A DNA stretch of 64,000 nucleotides from an uncultured bacterium. GTDB lineage: Bacteria; Patescibacteriota; Minisyncoccia; Phycocordibacterales; GWA1-40-21. The position numbers and the translations under genes are program-made. This document shows, piece by piece, positions 27,854 through 39,029 of this stretch. The stretch is from assembly GCA_963804975.1 (NCBI GenBank), contig CAWDSG010000001.1, positions 118 to 64,117 of the forward strand. Direction: 5' to 3'. The notes beneath the pieces were generated by a model that saw only the letters and a program-made list of their open reading frames with translations, was not told where the DNA came from and ran no database searches. Positions within the stretch are counted from its first letter, which is position 1. Every line of letters starts with the position of its first letter.

Positions 27854-28192
27854 TTACTTTTTGCACCTCGTCTTAAGATGGCATCTTGGCGTAATATATT
27901 TCAACCGCCAATCATTCCAATGATTATACCAAAAACTAATTTTAAATTTTCTGGCCGTCATTTTGAGAATGTAAAGAAGTTCTTTAAAATCCCTTTTATT
28001 GCTCTGGCAAATTGTTACATGCCACGCTTCTTTCTTGCCGGGTTTACTCAAAAGAAAATCGATTCTCTTGATAGTTAGAATGCCATCTTTTCTTGCTTCC
28101 TTTATCACCTTCTGAATTTTTTCTTTGACCGATGAATCGAGACCAACAAGAGCAAAACCACCGTCGCTTGAACCGCTTTTATTTGACTTCAT
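27854..28192 (-). CDS. Hypothetical protein
   Basis: 112-aa ORF with TAAGGAGG SD and an upstream TG-C-TAGAAT -10. Confidence 0.65.
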   Translation of the reverse strand: MKSNKSGSSDGGFALVGLDSSVKEKIQKVIKEARKDGILTIKRIDFLLSKPGKKEAWHVTICQSNKRDFKELLYILKMTARKFKISFWYNHWNDWRLKYITPRCHLKTRCKK

Positions 28193-28592
28193 TTTTTCCT
28201 CCTTAAAGGAATCAAAAGTAATTTGTTCGTCGTATTTAGAAAAGTTAAAGATCTGCCAGTTAGAATTCTAGCATATATTAATAAAATTTAATATCAGATT
28301 TTTATCCTTTCTTCTGCTTTCTCACATTCTTGATTCCTTTTCTTCTAACAACGCTTGAAAGCCGCGTTGCTCTCCACATTTTATTTTCACGGAGGGCGAA
28401 TTGCTTGCCGATATTCGGATATTTTTTAGACATTTTTTAATTTCATTAAAATTGATAAATTCCTTCTTGGGGTGCCGTTGTAGAGGATGTAAGAACTGTG
28501 TTTGAGAGGAAAAATGATACGACAATTTATATTCCAAGTTTTTATTATAGGACAGAGACAACTGTTTGATATTCACCCCACCTTTGATTTCA

Positions 28593-28748
28593 CTATATAT
28601 CATCAACTAACTCAACAGCTTCCTCTTCATCAAGTCCTTCTTCGTCCATAAGTTCTTTTACTTTTTCAGCTTCTTCAATATCAATACCTTGATTTTGAGC
28701 TATTTCTGCAATTTCTATTATTTCCTCTGGGTCTTTGTCTTCTAACAT
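28593..28748 (-). CDS. Very acidic 51-aa protein, not in the ORF track
   Basis: MLEDKDPEEIIEIAEIAQNQGIDIEEAEKVKELMDEEGLDEEEAVELVDDI*; starts 4 nt after the previous stop. Confidence 0.7.
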   Translation of the reverse strand: MLEDKDPEEIIEIAEIAQNQGIDIEEAEKVKELMDEEGLDEEEAVELVDDI

Positions 28749-28752
28749 ATTT

Positions 28753-28944
28753 TTATTTTTTTATTTTACTCTTCCTTTTATAATTTTCTGGATGTTGCTT
28801 TCGGTCCTCTTTCAATAACCATTCAAAAGCCCCGAGTAAATTGTATGTGGCTTCCCACGCTTCACTGTCAGAATACTCAACCCCATATTGCTCCTTGAAC
28901 ATCTTTTTGAACCTTTCAACAGTTTCTGGAGCTATGTGGACCAT
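28753..28944 (-). CDS. Small hypothetical protein, paralog of 36323-36541
   Basis: FKKMFKEQYGVEYSDSEAWEA; TAATG coupling to the res gene. Confidence 0.75.
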   Translation of the reverse strand: MVHIAPETVERFKKMFKEQYGVEYSDSEAWEATYNLLGAFEWLLKEDRKQHPENYKRKSKIKK

Positions 28945-31490
28945 TATCTTTTCTTTAGTTCTTCAAATAATCTCACCTGTTCACGCTGGAGGGAGGCATC
29001 AAATATAATGCGATACTCAAAGTTTTTGTTTACACTCTGAAACTCATTAAAACCGATTTCTTTTGCCAACACTTCGTTTGTTAGATTTTCCAACTTTCCT
29101 TTATACATCTTTTTATTTGCTTCATAATCAGCTCTCTCACCTCCACCTTTTGCTTCAATCACAATAAAACGCTCTTTTGAGGTCTCAATAAGAAAGTCTG
29201 GAAAATATCTTCCGACACGCTTCTGTTCTGGGCTCCAGTATTCAAAGTAAAAATCTGTTCGGCTTGGGTCCGCACAGACACGGGCTCCAGTGAAATAGAC
29301 ATCCTTGATAGTTTCTTCTTTATCAAGCACATCTCTCAAGTATCGGAACAAATCCTTTTCATCACCGCTATCAAAAGCATAGGGATTGATATGAAAACCA
29401 AGACGACCCTTTCGTCCGTTATCCTCTTCTTCATTCTTATACACAACTAAAGCACTTCTACCCAACTGAACACTTATTTTGAAAGGAAATAGTTTTGTGA
29501 GTTCAAGTTCTTCTTCCACAATCTCGGTTTTTTCTTCATATTTGTATGCACTCTTGAGAATTTCTTGTATAACAAAAGGAATGAGAGCAAAGTTATCATT
29601 CGCTATCTTTACAAACTCTTCTCGTTTCTTACCACTGCCAAAAATAATACTATCAATCACGACACAGGATAAATGAGTATAACGATTGATGACTTCCGCT
29701 ATCTCATAGAAAGTAAAATCGTTTTTATCTTCAATCTTTCGGACCGCACGGGCTTCGCTGTATCCAGCTTTTCCCTCATCACCAAGGAAAATACCACCTT
29801 CACTTACAAATGATTGATATTGCTCTGGCTTAAACCTTTTGAAATCTATCTTGATACTTTCTGCGTTCGCTTCTTGAACTGCTAAAATCTCTTTGAGCAC
29901 TTTCTTCACCTTGATTGTCTTTCGCTTCTCTACTTCAAGAGTGTGCTCCACCATTTTTTGGTCCTGTGCGTTCAACTCACTGATGCTTGAAGCAAAGTTA
30001 TTCTTTAATTCTTTATCAAGTATTTTGTAGTTTTCTTTTGATAGGAAAATGTGAGCACGAGTAGAATTATCACCAATAGAACGGAGACAGCGTGTCGTTG
30101 ATTGAAGCACAAGAATAGTGCTCTTTGGTTTCTTATAAAGAGCGACAGAAACAAGTGAGCGACAGTTCCAACCTTCAGTTCCTTTTCCGACAAGTAGAAC
30201 AAACTGCTTTTTACTATCGGCGGTATCAAGCTGTTTGAAATCATCGGCGTTATCTTCTGCTTCTGTGTGATATTCCAAAATAGTATCTGGCGAGATATTT
30301 CTTTCAGTAAGAATACGCTCAATCTTTGGTCTCAAATCATTTCTTACATCAGCGATATTTGATGCAAAGAAAACAATCTTCGGCAATCTTCCTTCAAGTC
30401 GTTTTGTGCCATATTCAGAAATAAATGTATCAATGACCTCTTCAAGAAATTTCTGGGACCTTACTACTCCATAATCCAATATACGGACCTGTTTCAAAAT
30501 ACCTTTCTCAATACCTTGTTTGAGACCGAAGTGATAAACGACATCAGAAATCATTTTATTGTTCACATAGGGAGTTCCTGTGAGGTTCACGACAGATACA
30601 AGTGGGGTATGTTTGTGAAGATAATCAATCGTCTGGCGTGTCTTCTTCAAAGTTCCTTCAAGAGTTTTGCCGTATGAGTGATGGGCTTCATCCACAAATA
30701 TCTGGAGCGAGCCAAGCTGTCTGATTGCTTGTAATCGCATATTTTCAACTTCTCTTTTGCCGAGTTCACTCTTATCTCCAAAAAGTCTTTTTGTGGCATT
30801 GTCCCCGTCCCCATTTCTCGTCTTCAAGATTATTTTTTGAGAGTTAGAAACGATAACATTGTAATTGCCGTTTGGAGCAAGGGCTGTATCAGTGCTTTCA
30901 AGATAGTGATATTTTATATTCAAAATTATATTCTCATATTCTTTCGGAAGAACTCTTGAGTAATCAAAAGTTTTAATTTCCTTCAAACTTTCAATAATGG
31001 TTGTGTCGGGAGCAAAGACAAGAGCATTTTTCGCAAATCTTTCATCCTTATCGTGATAAAAAGATAGAACAAAATCATATAGCATCATCACCGCCATCAA
31101 GATTGTCTTTCCCGAACCCATAGTAAGAGCATAGACTTGGTTTGCATAATCCGAGGTCCCGAACTTCTCATCAAGAATTGCTTGTATCTTTTCATCTTTC
31201 TTCTTATCGTATGCAAGCTCAAATGCTTCTTTATCAGAAATACCAAGAGCACGAATAAACTCAAGCTCATTTTCAAATGATTGTCTGAACACTTCCACAG
31301 ATGCCTTATTACCAATTACCTCCTTAAGAAAAATGTATGTCTCCAGTGCTTCTATCTGTGGCTCGTGCAAAAAAGCCACTCGTCTGATATGTGCGAGTAT
31401 GTTTTCTGTTTCTTTATGGACCCCTTTGTATCCATCAGCTCGCCACTTGGCAACTTGCTTTTGTATATTTTGTAGAAAAAAACTATCCAT
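28944..31490 (-). CDS. res: Type III restriction endonuclease subunit
   Basis: MGSGKT, DEAHH, LTGTP helicase motifs; C-terminal YFPDF...IEAKG nuclease motif. Confidence 0.88.
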   Translation of the reverse strand: MDSFFLQNIQKQVAKWRADGYKGVHKETENILAHIRRVAFLHEPQIEALETYIFLKEVIGNKASVEVFRQSFENELEFIRALGISDKEAFELAYDKKKDEKIQAILDEKFGTSDYANQVYALTMGSGKTILMAVMMLYDFVLSFYHDKDERFAKNALVFAPDTTIIESLKEIKTFDYSRVLPKEYENIILNIKYHYLESTDTALAPNGNYNVIVSNSQKIILKTRNGDGDNATKRLFGDKSELGKREVENMRLQAIRQLGSLQIFVDEAHHSYGKTLEGTLKKTRQTIDYLHKHTPLVSVVNLTGTPYVNNKMISDVVYHFGLKQGIEKGILKQVRILDYGVVRSQKFLEEVIDTFISEYGTKRLEGRLPKIVFFASNIADVRNDLRPKIERILTERNISPDTILEYHTEAEDNADDFKQLDTADSKKQFVLLVGKGTEGWNCRSLVSVALYKKPKSTILVLQSTTRCLRSIGDNSTRAHIFLSKENYKILDKELKNNFASSISELNAQDQKMVEHTLEVEKRKTIKVKKVLKEILAVQEANAESIKIDFKRFKPEQYQSFVSEGGIFLGDEGKAGYSEARAVRKIEDKNDFTFYEIAEVINRYTHLSCVVIDSIIFGSGKKREEFVKIANDNFALIPFVIQEILKSAYKYEEKTEIVEEELELTKLFPFKISVQLGRSALVVYKNEEEDNGRKGRLGFHINPYAFDSGDEKDLFRYLRDVLDKEETIKDVYFTGARVCADPSRTDFYFEYWSPEQKRVGRYFPDFLIETSKERFIVIEAKGGGERADYEANKKMYKGKLENLTNEVLAKEIGFNEFQSVNKNFEYRIIFDASLQREQVRLFEELKKR

Positions 31491-31494
31491 AATT

Positions 31495-33312
31495 TTATGC
31501 GTTTATTTCAAAGGTTTCAAAGTATTCCTCACCGAGCACATCCACGATTTTGATTGCGACAGTGTATTTACCCTTCTTTGGGTAATCCCAAGAATACTTG
31601 GCTTTGATAACTTCTTTTTTATCTGGCAAGTCCATAATCTCGGCATTAAATAATTTTCCGTTGTAGTCAACATCAATCGCAACACTGTCAATAATCTGCT
31701 TGAAATCTTCTACTTTTGCTTGGCTCTTTTTTCTCGAGCACTTTTTCATTTTCAATCTCTAGTTTTCGCATCAAAATCGGGGAGTAGAAATCTTTTATCT
31801 CAACAGCGAGCTTCTTGTCTTTTGCTTTCACTTCAATTTTTGCTTCTGGCTTCTTCTTGAAGATGAGATTTTTCTTATCAGTCAAGAATATCTCGGACCT
31901 CTATTTTCACGCCAGTTTTATTTTCCTTCTTTATAAAATCTCGTCACATCAAGCTCCATACCAGAACAAATGACAAGCACACCTTCTTCATAGACTGGCT
32001 TCTCCCGCCTTTGATTTTGCTTTTACTGTAAAAGCTATCAATGCTTGTCTCCAACACTTTTGAAGACGTGTGCGAATATCCATTTTATTGAGAACACGAT
32101 TAAGAGGCATAACCTTCACAAAGTTATTATCAAGAACTCCATCAAAATATGTTCGTTTTACTGGTTCTACTCCATACATTTCCATAACAATTTCTTTCGC
32201 TTCAATTTCATTTTTGAAAACATCATAGTCATTCACATTGAGAATTTTGAAACCAAGAGAACCCTTGAAATCCTCTTTGTCTTTTCTTTTTGCTGGTCCG
32301 TAATAATTTGATTGAGCCGTTTCGTTGTTGTTTGTATTGCTCCGATATTGATGTCGCATCCTATCCATTTTCGTCCGAGTTTTTGTGCGATAACTTGTGT
32401 TGTTCCAGAACCCATAAAGAAATCAGCGACAACATCACCTTCATTTGAAGATGCCATTATAATACGCTCCAGAAGTGCCTCTGGTTTTTGCGTGGGGTAA
32501 TCAACTCTTTCTTTTGCTGTGGCGTATTTGCTGGAAGGACATCACATCACCCCAAACATCTCCTATGTTTTTTCCGTTTTTTATCACATCATCAAGGTAT
32601 ACAATCTCACCTCTACCATCAAAATATAACCTCCCGTCTTTATCTTTTTTATCAAAGCGGTCAAGATATTCTTTTTGTGCGGAACTTTTAACTTATTGAA
32701 AACCTTATTTTGAGATTTTGAATAGAAAAAGATATTATCGTGTCTTCTTATCCATTTGTTTGCTTGGGTTTTGAAACCAGACAAAACAGTAATGTCCCAT
32801 ACTAATTTCATCGCTGGAAGTTTTCAATACCAAATACTTCATCAAGAATTATTTTGACATAATGTGAGCGTTTCTGCCATCGCATATGAACATAAATACT
32901 TCCTTTTTCAGAAAGAAGTTCACGCATCAATACCAATCTTTCATATATAAATTGTAAATACTCATCTTTCTCCCAAATATCTGTATACTGTTTCTCTTCA
33001 AAAAGTCCTTGACCGACACCATTCAACTTTTTCGCCACGGACTTTCACTTTCTTCACATAGTCCGCCTTACTATCAAACGGAGGGTCAATGTATATCAAA
33101 TCTATCACTCCACGATATTCTTTCAAAAGATGCGAAAGCACTTGAAGATTATCACCCCAAAATAATTTATTAAAATCTTTTGCACTCTTATCGCCATACA
33201 CTTCAGTCTCTTGTGCTGGAAAAAATTGCACACTCTCAAGCGGTTTCTTGCCTACCCACTGGAGAAGTGGACGACCCTTTGCTTGTTCTACTTTTTGATA
33301 TTCATTTTTCAT
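31495..33312 (-). pseudogene. mod: Type III adenine methyltransferase, broken by ~7-8 frameshifts (real decay or sequencing error)
   Basis: [30 protein letters not shown] spread over successive frames. Confidence 0.85.
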
Positions 33313-33330
33313 TGTAATTGTAATTTTTAT

Positions 33331-33546
33331 TTATAAATCTACGAATGAGAACTGCAAGAAATTGATAATGTCTTCCTTTTTGTATCTTCGCACTCGTTTG
33401 GTCCCGATGCGAATAGCTGGAAGTGTGCCATCTTGGTCCCATCTGCGGAGCGTGTTTGGATGAACTTTTAGTATTTCACACGCTTCGGAAAGTGTTAGAA
33501 GCTCTGGGACATCAAACTTGTCCTTTTTGTCGTTTTGTTGTTGCAT
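33331..33546 (-). CDS. MerR-like / excisionase HTH protein
   Basis: LLTLSEACEILKVHPNTLRRWD. Confidence 0.85.
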   Translation of the reverse strand: MQQQNDKKDKFDVPELLTLSEACEILKVHPNTLRRWDQDGTLPAIRIGTKRVRRYKKEDIINFLQFSFVDL

Positions 33547-33657
33547 ATTGATTTTATACCTACCTTTTGATACCTTTATCTTACAGCAAAGAGCTCATAT
33601 CTCCAAGAAGTCGCCTGTGGATTAAGCCCTTAAAATTACAATTAACCAAAAATTACA

Positions 33658-34865
33658 ATGGCAAAACAGTATTCAATCAATGGTTTCTTGCACAGTATAA
33701 ATGACTACTCCTTTATTGAGCAGTATTTTCAAAAATGTGGTATTACTGGTTTTTCTTATATTAAAAATCAGGATGGAAAAAAGAAAAAAAGGATGACGAA
33801 CAAATAATTAAAAGTGTTGAAGATATAATTCTGAAACAGGGTGAGGTTGTTCAACAAGAGATTGAGAGAGATTTTTCTGATATAAATAAATTATCAGATG
33901 ACAGGGGCACAGAAAACCTACTTCAAGAAGCAACCGACCAAGACATCAATCCCCCAGTAAGTGTTCTAACACAAAATAACGGACACGAAATTGCCTTTTG
34001 GTTTTTCAATAATCAGAAAAATGTTTTTGACGGAGCAAATGCTGTGCAAGAATTTTTTACAAGCGGTTGGAAGCGAGTGCCCGTGCCAAACAAAGATATT
34101 GCTGTCGTGTCTCAAAATAAAGGAGCTCTTGAAACAGCATTGAAAACATACTATCAAAATAGAGATAAAGGTCTTGGACAGCGATGTTTGATTGACATAT
34201 ACCCGAAGAAAGACAGAGTTTATGTCGTGGCTTACATTTCAGCTCGTGGAGTAAATGATGTTATCCCAGACGAGAAAAATGAAGAAAAACTCATAAAATC
34301 AACACGCAGAGAAAGCATAGAAATCTATTATCTTTATCTACGAAGTGAAGATGATAAAGAAGGAGGAGAACTTGAAATCAAAGCTAAAGGAGGATACACA
34401 ACAGAGAAAGAACTACTCCGAGTATTTTCACAATCTGTATTAAAGCATACACTTGATGACACAAAGCAAAAATACGACTTGGAACCTTTGAAAAATAAAA
34501 ATTTCTCTTTCGTTTATGATACCGAAGATGAGGTGGAGGGATGGTGGCTTAAAGGACTTGATTTGAAAACCCCAGATTTGCAGACAAAAATAAAACTTAC
34601 AACAAAAAATGAGAACGGGGGTGGTGTTGAACCAATGTGGCGACAATTAAATTCCTTGCAACTAGCAGATAAGATGAGCTCTTTGAGGTTAGACAAAGCA
34701 GAAATGAAAATAAAGTTCAAGCCAACAAAAAAGCATCCAAAAGGAACAAAGACTTTTTATATTACTTGGAAAGATACGAGCTCTCTCAACGATATTGACG
34801 ACCTTGATATAAAAGCTGGACAGGTTCTTAAAAAATCAAAAATTGATTGTGGATTTTCTAAATAA
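33658..34865 (+). CDS. Hypothetical protein (~400 aa) with a frameshift in an A-run near 33790
   Basis: MAKQYSINGFL... continues, after a shift at AAAAAGAAAAAAAGG, into the frame of ORF 34044-34865. Confidence 0.6.
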
Positions 34866-35824
34866 ATTACTTACTAAATATAGTCATTTCTCCGATGTGG
34901 TGGCGACAATAGGAGATGTTGAACAAAATAAGAAAGATTTTGATATTTTGTCTGCTTTGGATGTGCTCATTAAGATTAGCGACCCAAAGTATATCTTGGT
35001 GCAAAACCTGCGAAAGTGAGAGTGTTGAGGTCCATTATGTAGCATCACGGAAACAAGCATACACAATCTGCACCCAAGATGAACACGCTAGACGAGATTA
35101 TTTTAATCCATCCGAAATAAGACAATGGCAACTCAATACCCTACCACTACTTTCACTATTTCAAAAATCAATCGGCATACAATCACCAAAAACCACAGAA
35201 AACATTGATGGTCTCTTGTGGGATTTCGGCACACAAAAAGTAAATGGAGTCTTTTATCATTTATTTTTCTGCCGAAACATAAATGATATTGAAAAACCAA
35301 AAATATCCATCATCACAAGTCTGCCACGCTGTGTTGTGTTTTATACTGGAACACCACATATTTCTCTGCCAGATAAAGTTCTTATGGTTCCATTGATTGA
35401 CTTAATAAAAAAGATAACATCCAAAGGTTTATCAATTCACAAGGAGGTTATGGAGCAATTTTTCCCCAAAAATGTATATGCAACGAAGGAGGGGGCGATA
35501 GAACTTGATGAAAATATCGTTCTTCTAAATAATCATCTTCTTTTTGAACCATTACGAGGTGGAAACTTCCAAAAACAATCCAAGGAAAGATTGAGACCTT
35601 TCGGCGTTCGCATAATCACACACCTTTTTGGTATACGAACATATCAAGAAAACTCAAAAACACTTGCGGAACTATCAGAAGCTCTTGGTAGCACAAAAGT
35701 ATCAGTCTCAAACGAGATAAAGAGAATTGAAACAATATGCAAAAATAATAATCTTCAATTTATACTTCATAAATACTCTGGAGATAAATACGGCATCAAT
35801 CCACATTTTAGCTCGTGTAAATAG
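34849..35824 (+). CDS. Hypothetical protein with a CxxC motif and C-terminal HTH; one frameshift near 34997
   Basis: GTG start overlapping the previous gene; WCKTC; LAELSEALGSTKVSVSNEIKRI HTH. Confidence 0.6.
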
Positions 35825-36020
35825 CTCACTAAATCATTCACCAATTTTCGCTCTTGTGTGGATAACATAAAAGCAAACACATAAAAAAAACCCGAGAAAT
35901 CGGGCTTTTTTATTTTTCAAAATCCATTTTTGACAAGCCATATCGGTGAACCCTTTTGTTTTGATAGTGAAGTTTTCAGTCGGAACCTCACTTATTACAA
36001 ACAACTATTAACCAAACAAT

Positions 36021-36320
36021 ATGACAAATAAAAAAACAGAAAAGTTTTTGTTAGAAGAGGAAAACGAGATTATACCTCTTGAAGACAACAGCAATTTCTT
36101 TTTTAGTTTTGATTTGGGATTAGCGACCGCACTTATAACTGCGGGATTTTCGCTTGTCTCACTGGACCGTAAAAATCTGCATAAAGCCCAATTCATTTTC
36201 CGCCGTGGAGACGGGATGGACGAAGTCGTTGATGCTTACTGGGCAGATAATCTTGAAGTGAAAGCCAGAAAATACTTTGACACTCTCAAGATGCTCAAGA
36301 ACAGATTATATTCCGAATAA
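36021..36320 (+). CDS. DUF5659-like phage/element protein
   Basis: DLGLATALITAGF.L..LDR....AQFIF...LKMLKNRLY pattern. Confidence 0.7.
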   Translation: MTNKKTEKFLLEEENEIIPLEDNSNFFFSFDLGLATALITAGFSLVSLDRKNLHKAQFIFRRGDGMDEVVDAYWADNLEVKARKYFDTLKMLKNRLYSE

Positions 36321-36322
36321 TT

Positions 36323-36541
36323 ATGGTTTTGTCAGATGAAGACATCATAAAATTCCAAGCACTTTATAAAAGTGAGTTCGGAATGGAAATCAGCAGAGAA
36401 GATGCCTACGAAAAAGGGATAAAACTTTTGCAATTGATGTCTGTTGTCTACAAACCTATGACGGAAAAAGAATACGAGTTTATTCAGAAGCATCGCATAG
36501 ACACGCTCCCTTTATTAGAAAAGAAACTTAAAAATATATGA
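36323..36541 (+). CDS. Small hypothetical protein
   Basis: FQALYKSEFGMEISREDAYEKG; tightly coupled operon. Confidence 0.75.
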   Translation: MVLSDEDIIKFQALYKSEFGMEISREDAYEKGIKLLQLMSVVYKPMTEKEYEFIQKHRIDTLPLLEKKLKNI

Positions 36542-36810
36542 AATCATTAGAAAGAAGGTTCCAAAGTATCGCAGAAAAAAATCCTAGTTTTAGTTCTTAC
36601 ATCTGCTTTTCCAAAGCAATAGAAGGACAGAGTTTTAACAAACAAACAGTCCATCGCTGGTTTCAAAAACTGGTTGATAAAGAGGATTATGCAAAAAATG
36701 AAAAGAGAGCCATTTTAGAGCATCTGGATAATCTTTCAAACACCTTGAGGACAACAAAAAAACAAGGCAAAACGGCTCCCCAAGCAATTCTTTTATCAAA
36801 GACGGAGTAA
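36538..36810 (+). CDS. Hypothetical protein
   Basis: ATGA-type overlap within the operon; 90 aa. Confidence 0.65.
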   Translation: MKSLERRFQSIAEKNPSFSSYICFSKAIEGQSFNKQTVHRWFQKLVDKEDYAKNEKRAILEHLDNLSNTLRTTKKQGKTAPQAILLSKTE

Positions 36811-36840
36811 TTATCATTCACAATTAAATTATCTAACAAT

Positions 36841-39025
36841 ATGAACCTATCAAAAATTACAATCAGAGAATATCTCGCAGAGAAAGGTATCAGTTTTCGT
36901 GAGGGTGGAAATGAGCTCATCACAAAATGCCTTTTCAATGACTGCGACAGAGACAGCAAAGGAGATGACGGACATTTATATTTCAGTATAGAGACGGGAC
37001 AATATGATTGCAAAAAATGCGGAGAAAAAGGCAATCTTATTACACTTGCAAAACACTTCGGTGATACTGGACCAACTCCACGAAAAACAAACACTTTTAA
37101 TGTAGAACTCGTAGAGAAATGCCACGAGGCACTACCACCTCACATCAGAGAGTATTTACACAAGAGAGGGCTCACGGATGCCATTATAAACGAACATAAG
37201 CTCGGCTACGGGCAGTTTTATCGCAAACCTTGGATAACTATCCCTATCAAGGATATTTACGGAAATTACTCATTTTTCAAACTCCGAATGGACCCCGCTT
37301 TTGGCAACGATAAAATCACTTATCCGAAAGGAGCCGAAGCACAACTTTATGACTGGGATAACCTAACAAAACCTAACATTTCCCTTGTCATCTGCGAGGG
37401 TGAACTGGACAGATTACTCCTCCTCTCAAAAGGTGTGCCAGCAATAACCTCTACTCACGGAGCAATGACTTTCAAAGATGAGTGGGTGGAGAAGATAAGA
37501 AAAGATAATAAAATTTATATCTGTTTTGATAATGACGAAGCTGGGAAAAAGGGGTCCGAACGAGTAGCAAAAATGTTGGAAAATGTTGGATGTGAAGAAC
37601 ATATAATCACACTGCCAGATGAAGTCGGAGAAAAGGGAGACATCACCGATTATTTTATAAAACTCGGAGGGTCCGTGGATGACTTGTTTAGCAAATATGC
37701 AAAACCCTATCCAGAAAAGATTGATACCACACAATTTTCTCCGATGAGTTCAGAACAACTTATTGATACGCTCGGGCTCACTATCAAATATGATGCCGAA
37801 AATAAACTGGCAACTTTCTTATGTGAACTTTCTGCTTATACCGAAAGCTCACAATTCAATATCAGCTACAATGCCCCATCATCAACTGGAAAAAGTTATA
37901 TACCAACGGAAATTGCTCGCCTATTTCCACAAGGCGATGTTATGGAGATTGCCTACTGCTCACCCACTGCATTTTTTCACGATGTCGGGCAATATGATAA
38001 AGACAAAAACAGCTACTTGGTGGACTTATCGCATAAAATACTTATTTTTCTAGACCAACCTCACAATGAACTGCTCGCACGATTACGCCCACTTCTTTCA
38101 CACGATAAAAAAGAAATTGCGATAAAGATTACAGACAAAACACAGAAAAACGGGACTAAAACAAAAAACATTCTTTTGCGTGGCTATCCATCAGTTATCT
38201 TCTGCACTGCTGGACTTCGTAAAGATGAACAAGAAGCAACGAGATTTTTACTTCTATCTCCAGAAGTCAATCAAGACAAAATACAGCAAGGTATCAGTGC
38301 CACAATACGCAAAGAAGCAGATAGTGAAAGTTTTGTAAGCTGGCTTGAAGAAAATCCAGAAAGAATACTTCTCAAAGAGCGTATCCGTGCTATTAAACTG
38401 GAAGAAATAAAAGAAATAAATATCACAACGCCAGAAAAAATTGAAGCAGGGTTTTTTGAGTAAAAATAAAACACTCAAACCACGCCACCAAAGAGACATC
38501 AAACGCCTTCTATCACTCATCAAGTCTATTGCCCTGCTAAATGTTTGGTGGAGAGAAAGAAATGGGTCCACAATTACAGCAAACGATGACGATATAAACG
38601 AGGCGTTCAAACTCTGGGACAAAATATCTGTGAGCCAAGAACTCAACCTGCCTCCATATATTTATAATCTCTATAAAGAAGTTATCCTGCCAGCGTGGGA
38701 AGTAAAAAATAATAGCAGAAATGATGCTATTGAAAACATTACAGGCAAACTCGGTCTTTCACGCCAAGAGGTCCTTGAAAAACACTTTGCGGTTTATGGA
38801 AGGATGCTAGACGGACACCAACTTCGCCAACAAATACTCCCAATGCTAGAAACGGCAGGACTTATCGTGCAAGAACAGGACCCCCACGATAAACGCAAGA
38901 TGATGATTTTCCCCTCCTCCCTGTATCATCTTTCTAACGAGACAAAGAATAGTGAAACGGACGGTGGGGTAAAAAACACAGAGCAAGAAAATGATGAAAT
39001 TACTAGCGATGAAATAGATTTCTAA
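36841..39025 (+). CDS. Zn-finger/TOPRIM primase fused to a P-loop ATPase; frameshift in a T-run near 38455
   Basis: CxxxxC...CKKC, ICEGELD, CFDNDEAG, GDITD, APSSTGKS; continues in ORF 38441-39025. Confidence 0.85.
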
Positions 39026-39029
39026 AATT

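Noticed and set aside
28322-28606. 94-aa minus-strand ORF spanning the left att site
   Set aside because: It crosses the element boundary with no start signals or motifs; the informative frame here is the + strand integrase tail.
38441-38463. Programmed frameshift in the primase-ATPase at GGGTTTTTT
   Set aside because: It resembles a slippery site but is also a homopolymer in a region with many indel errors; it cannot be supported without reads.
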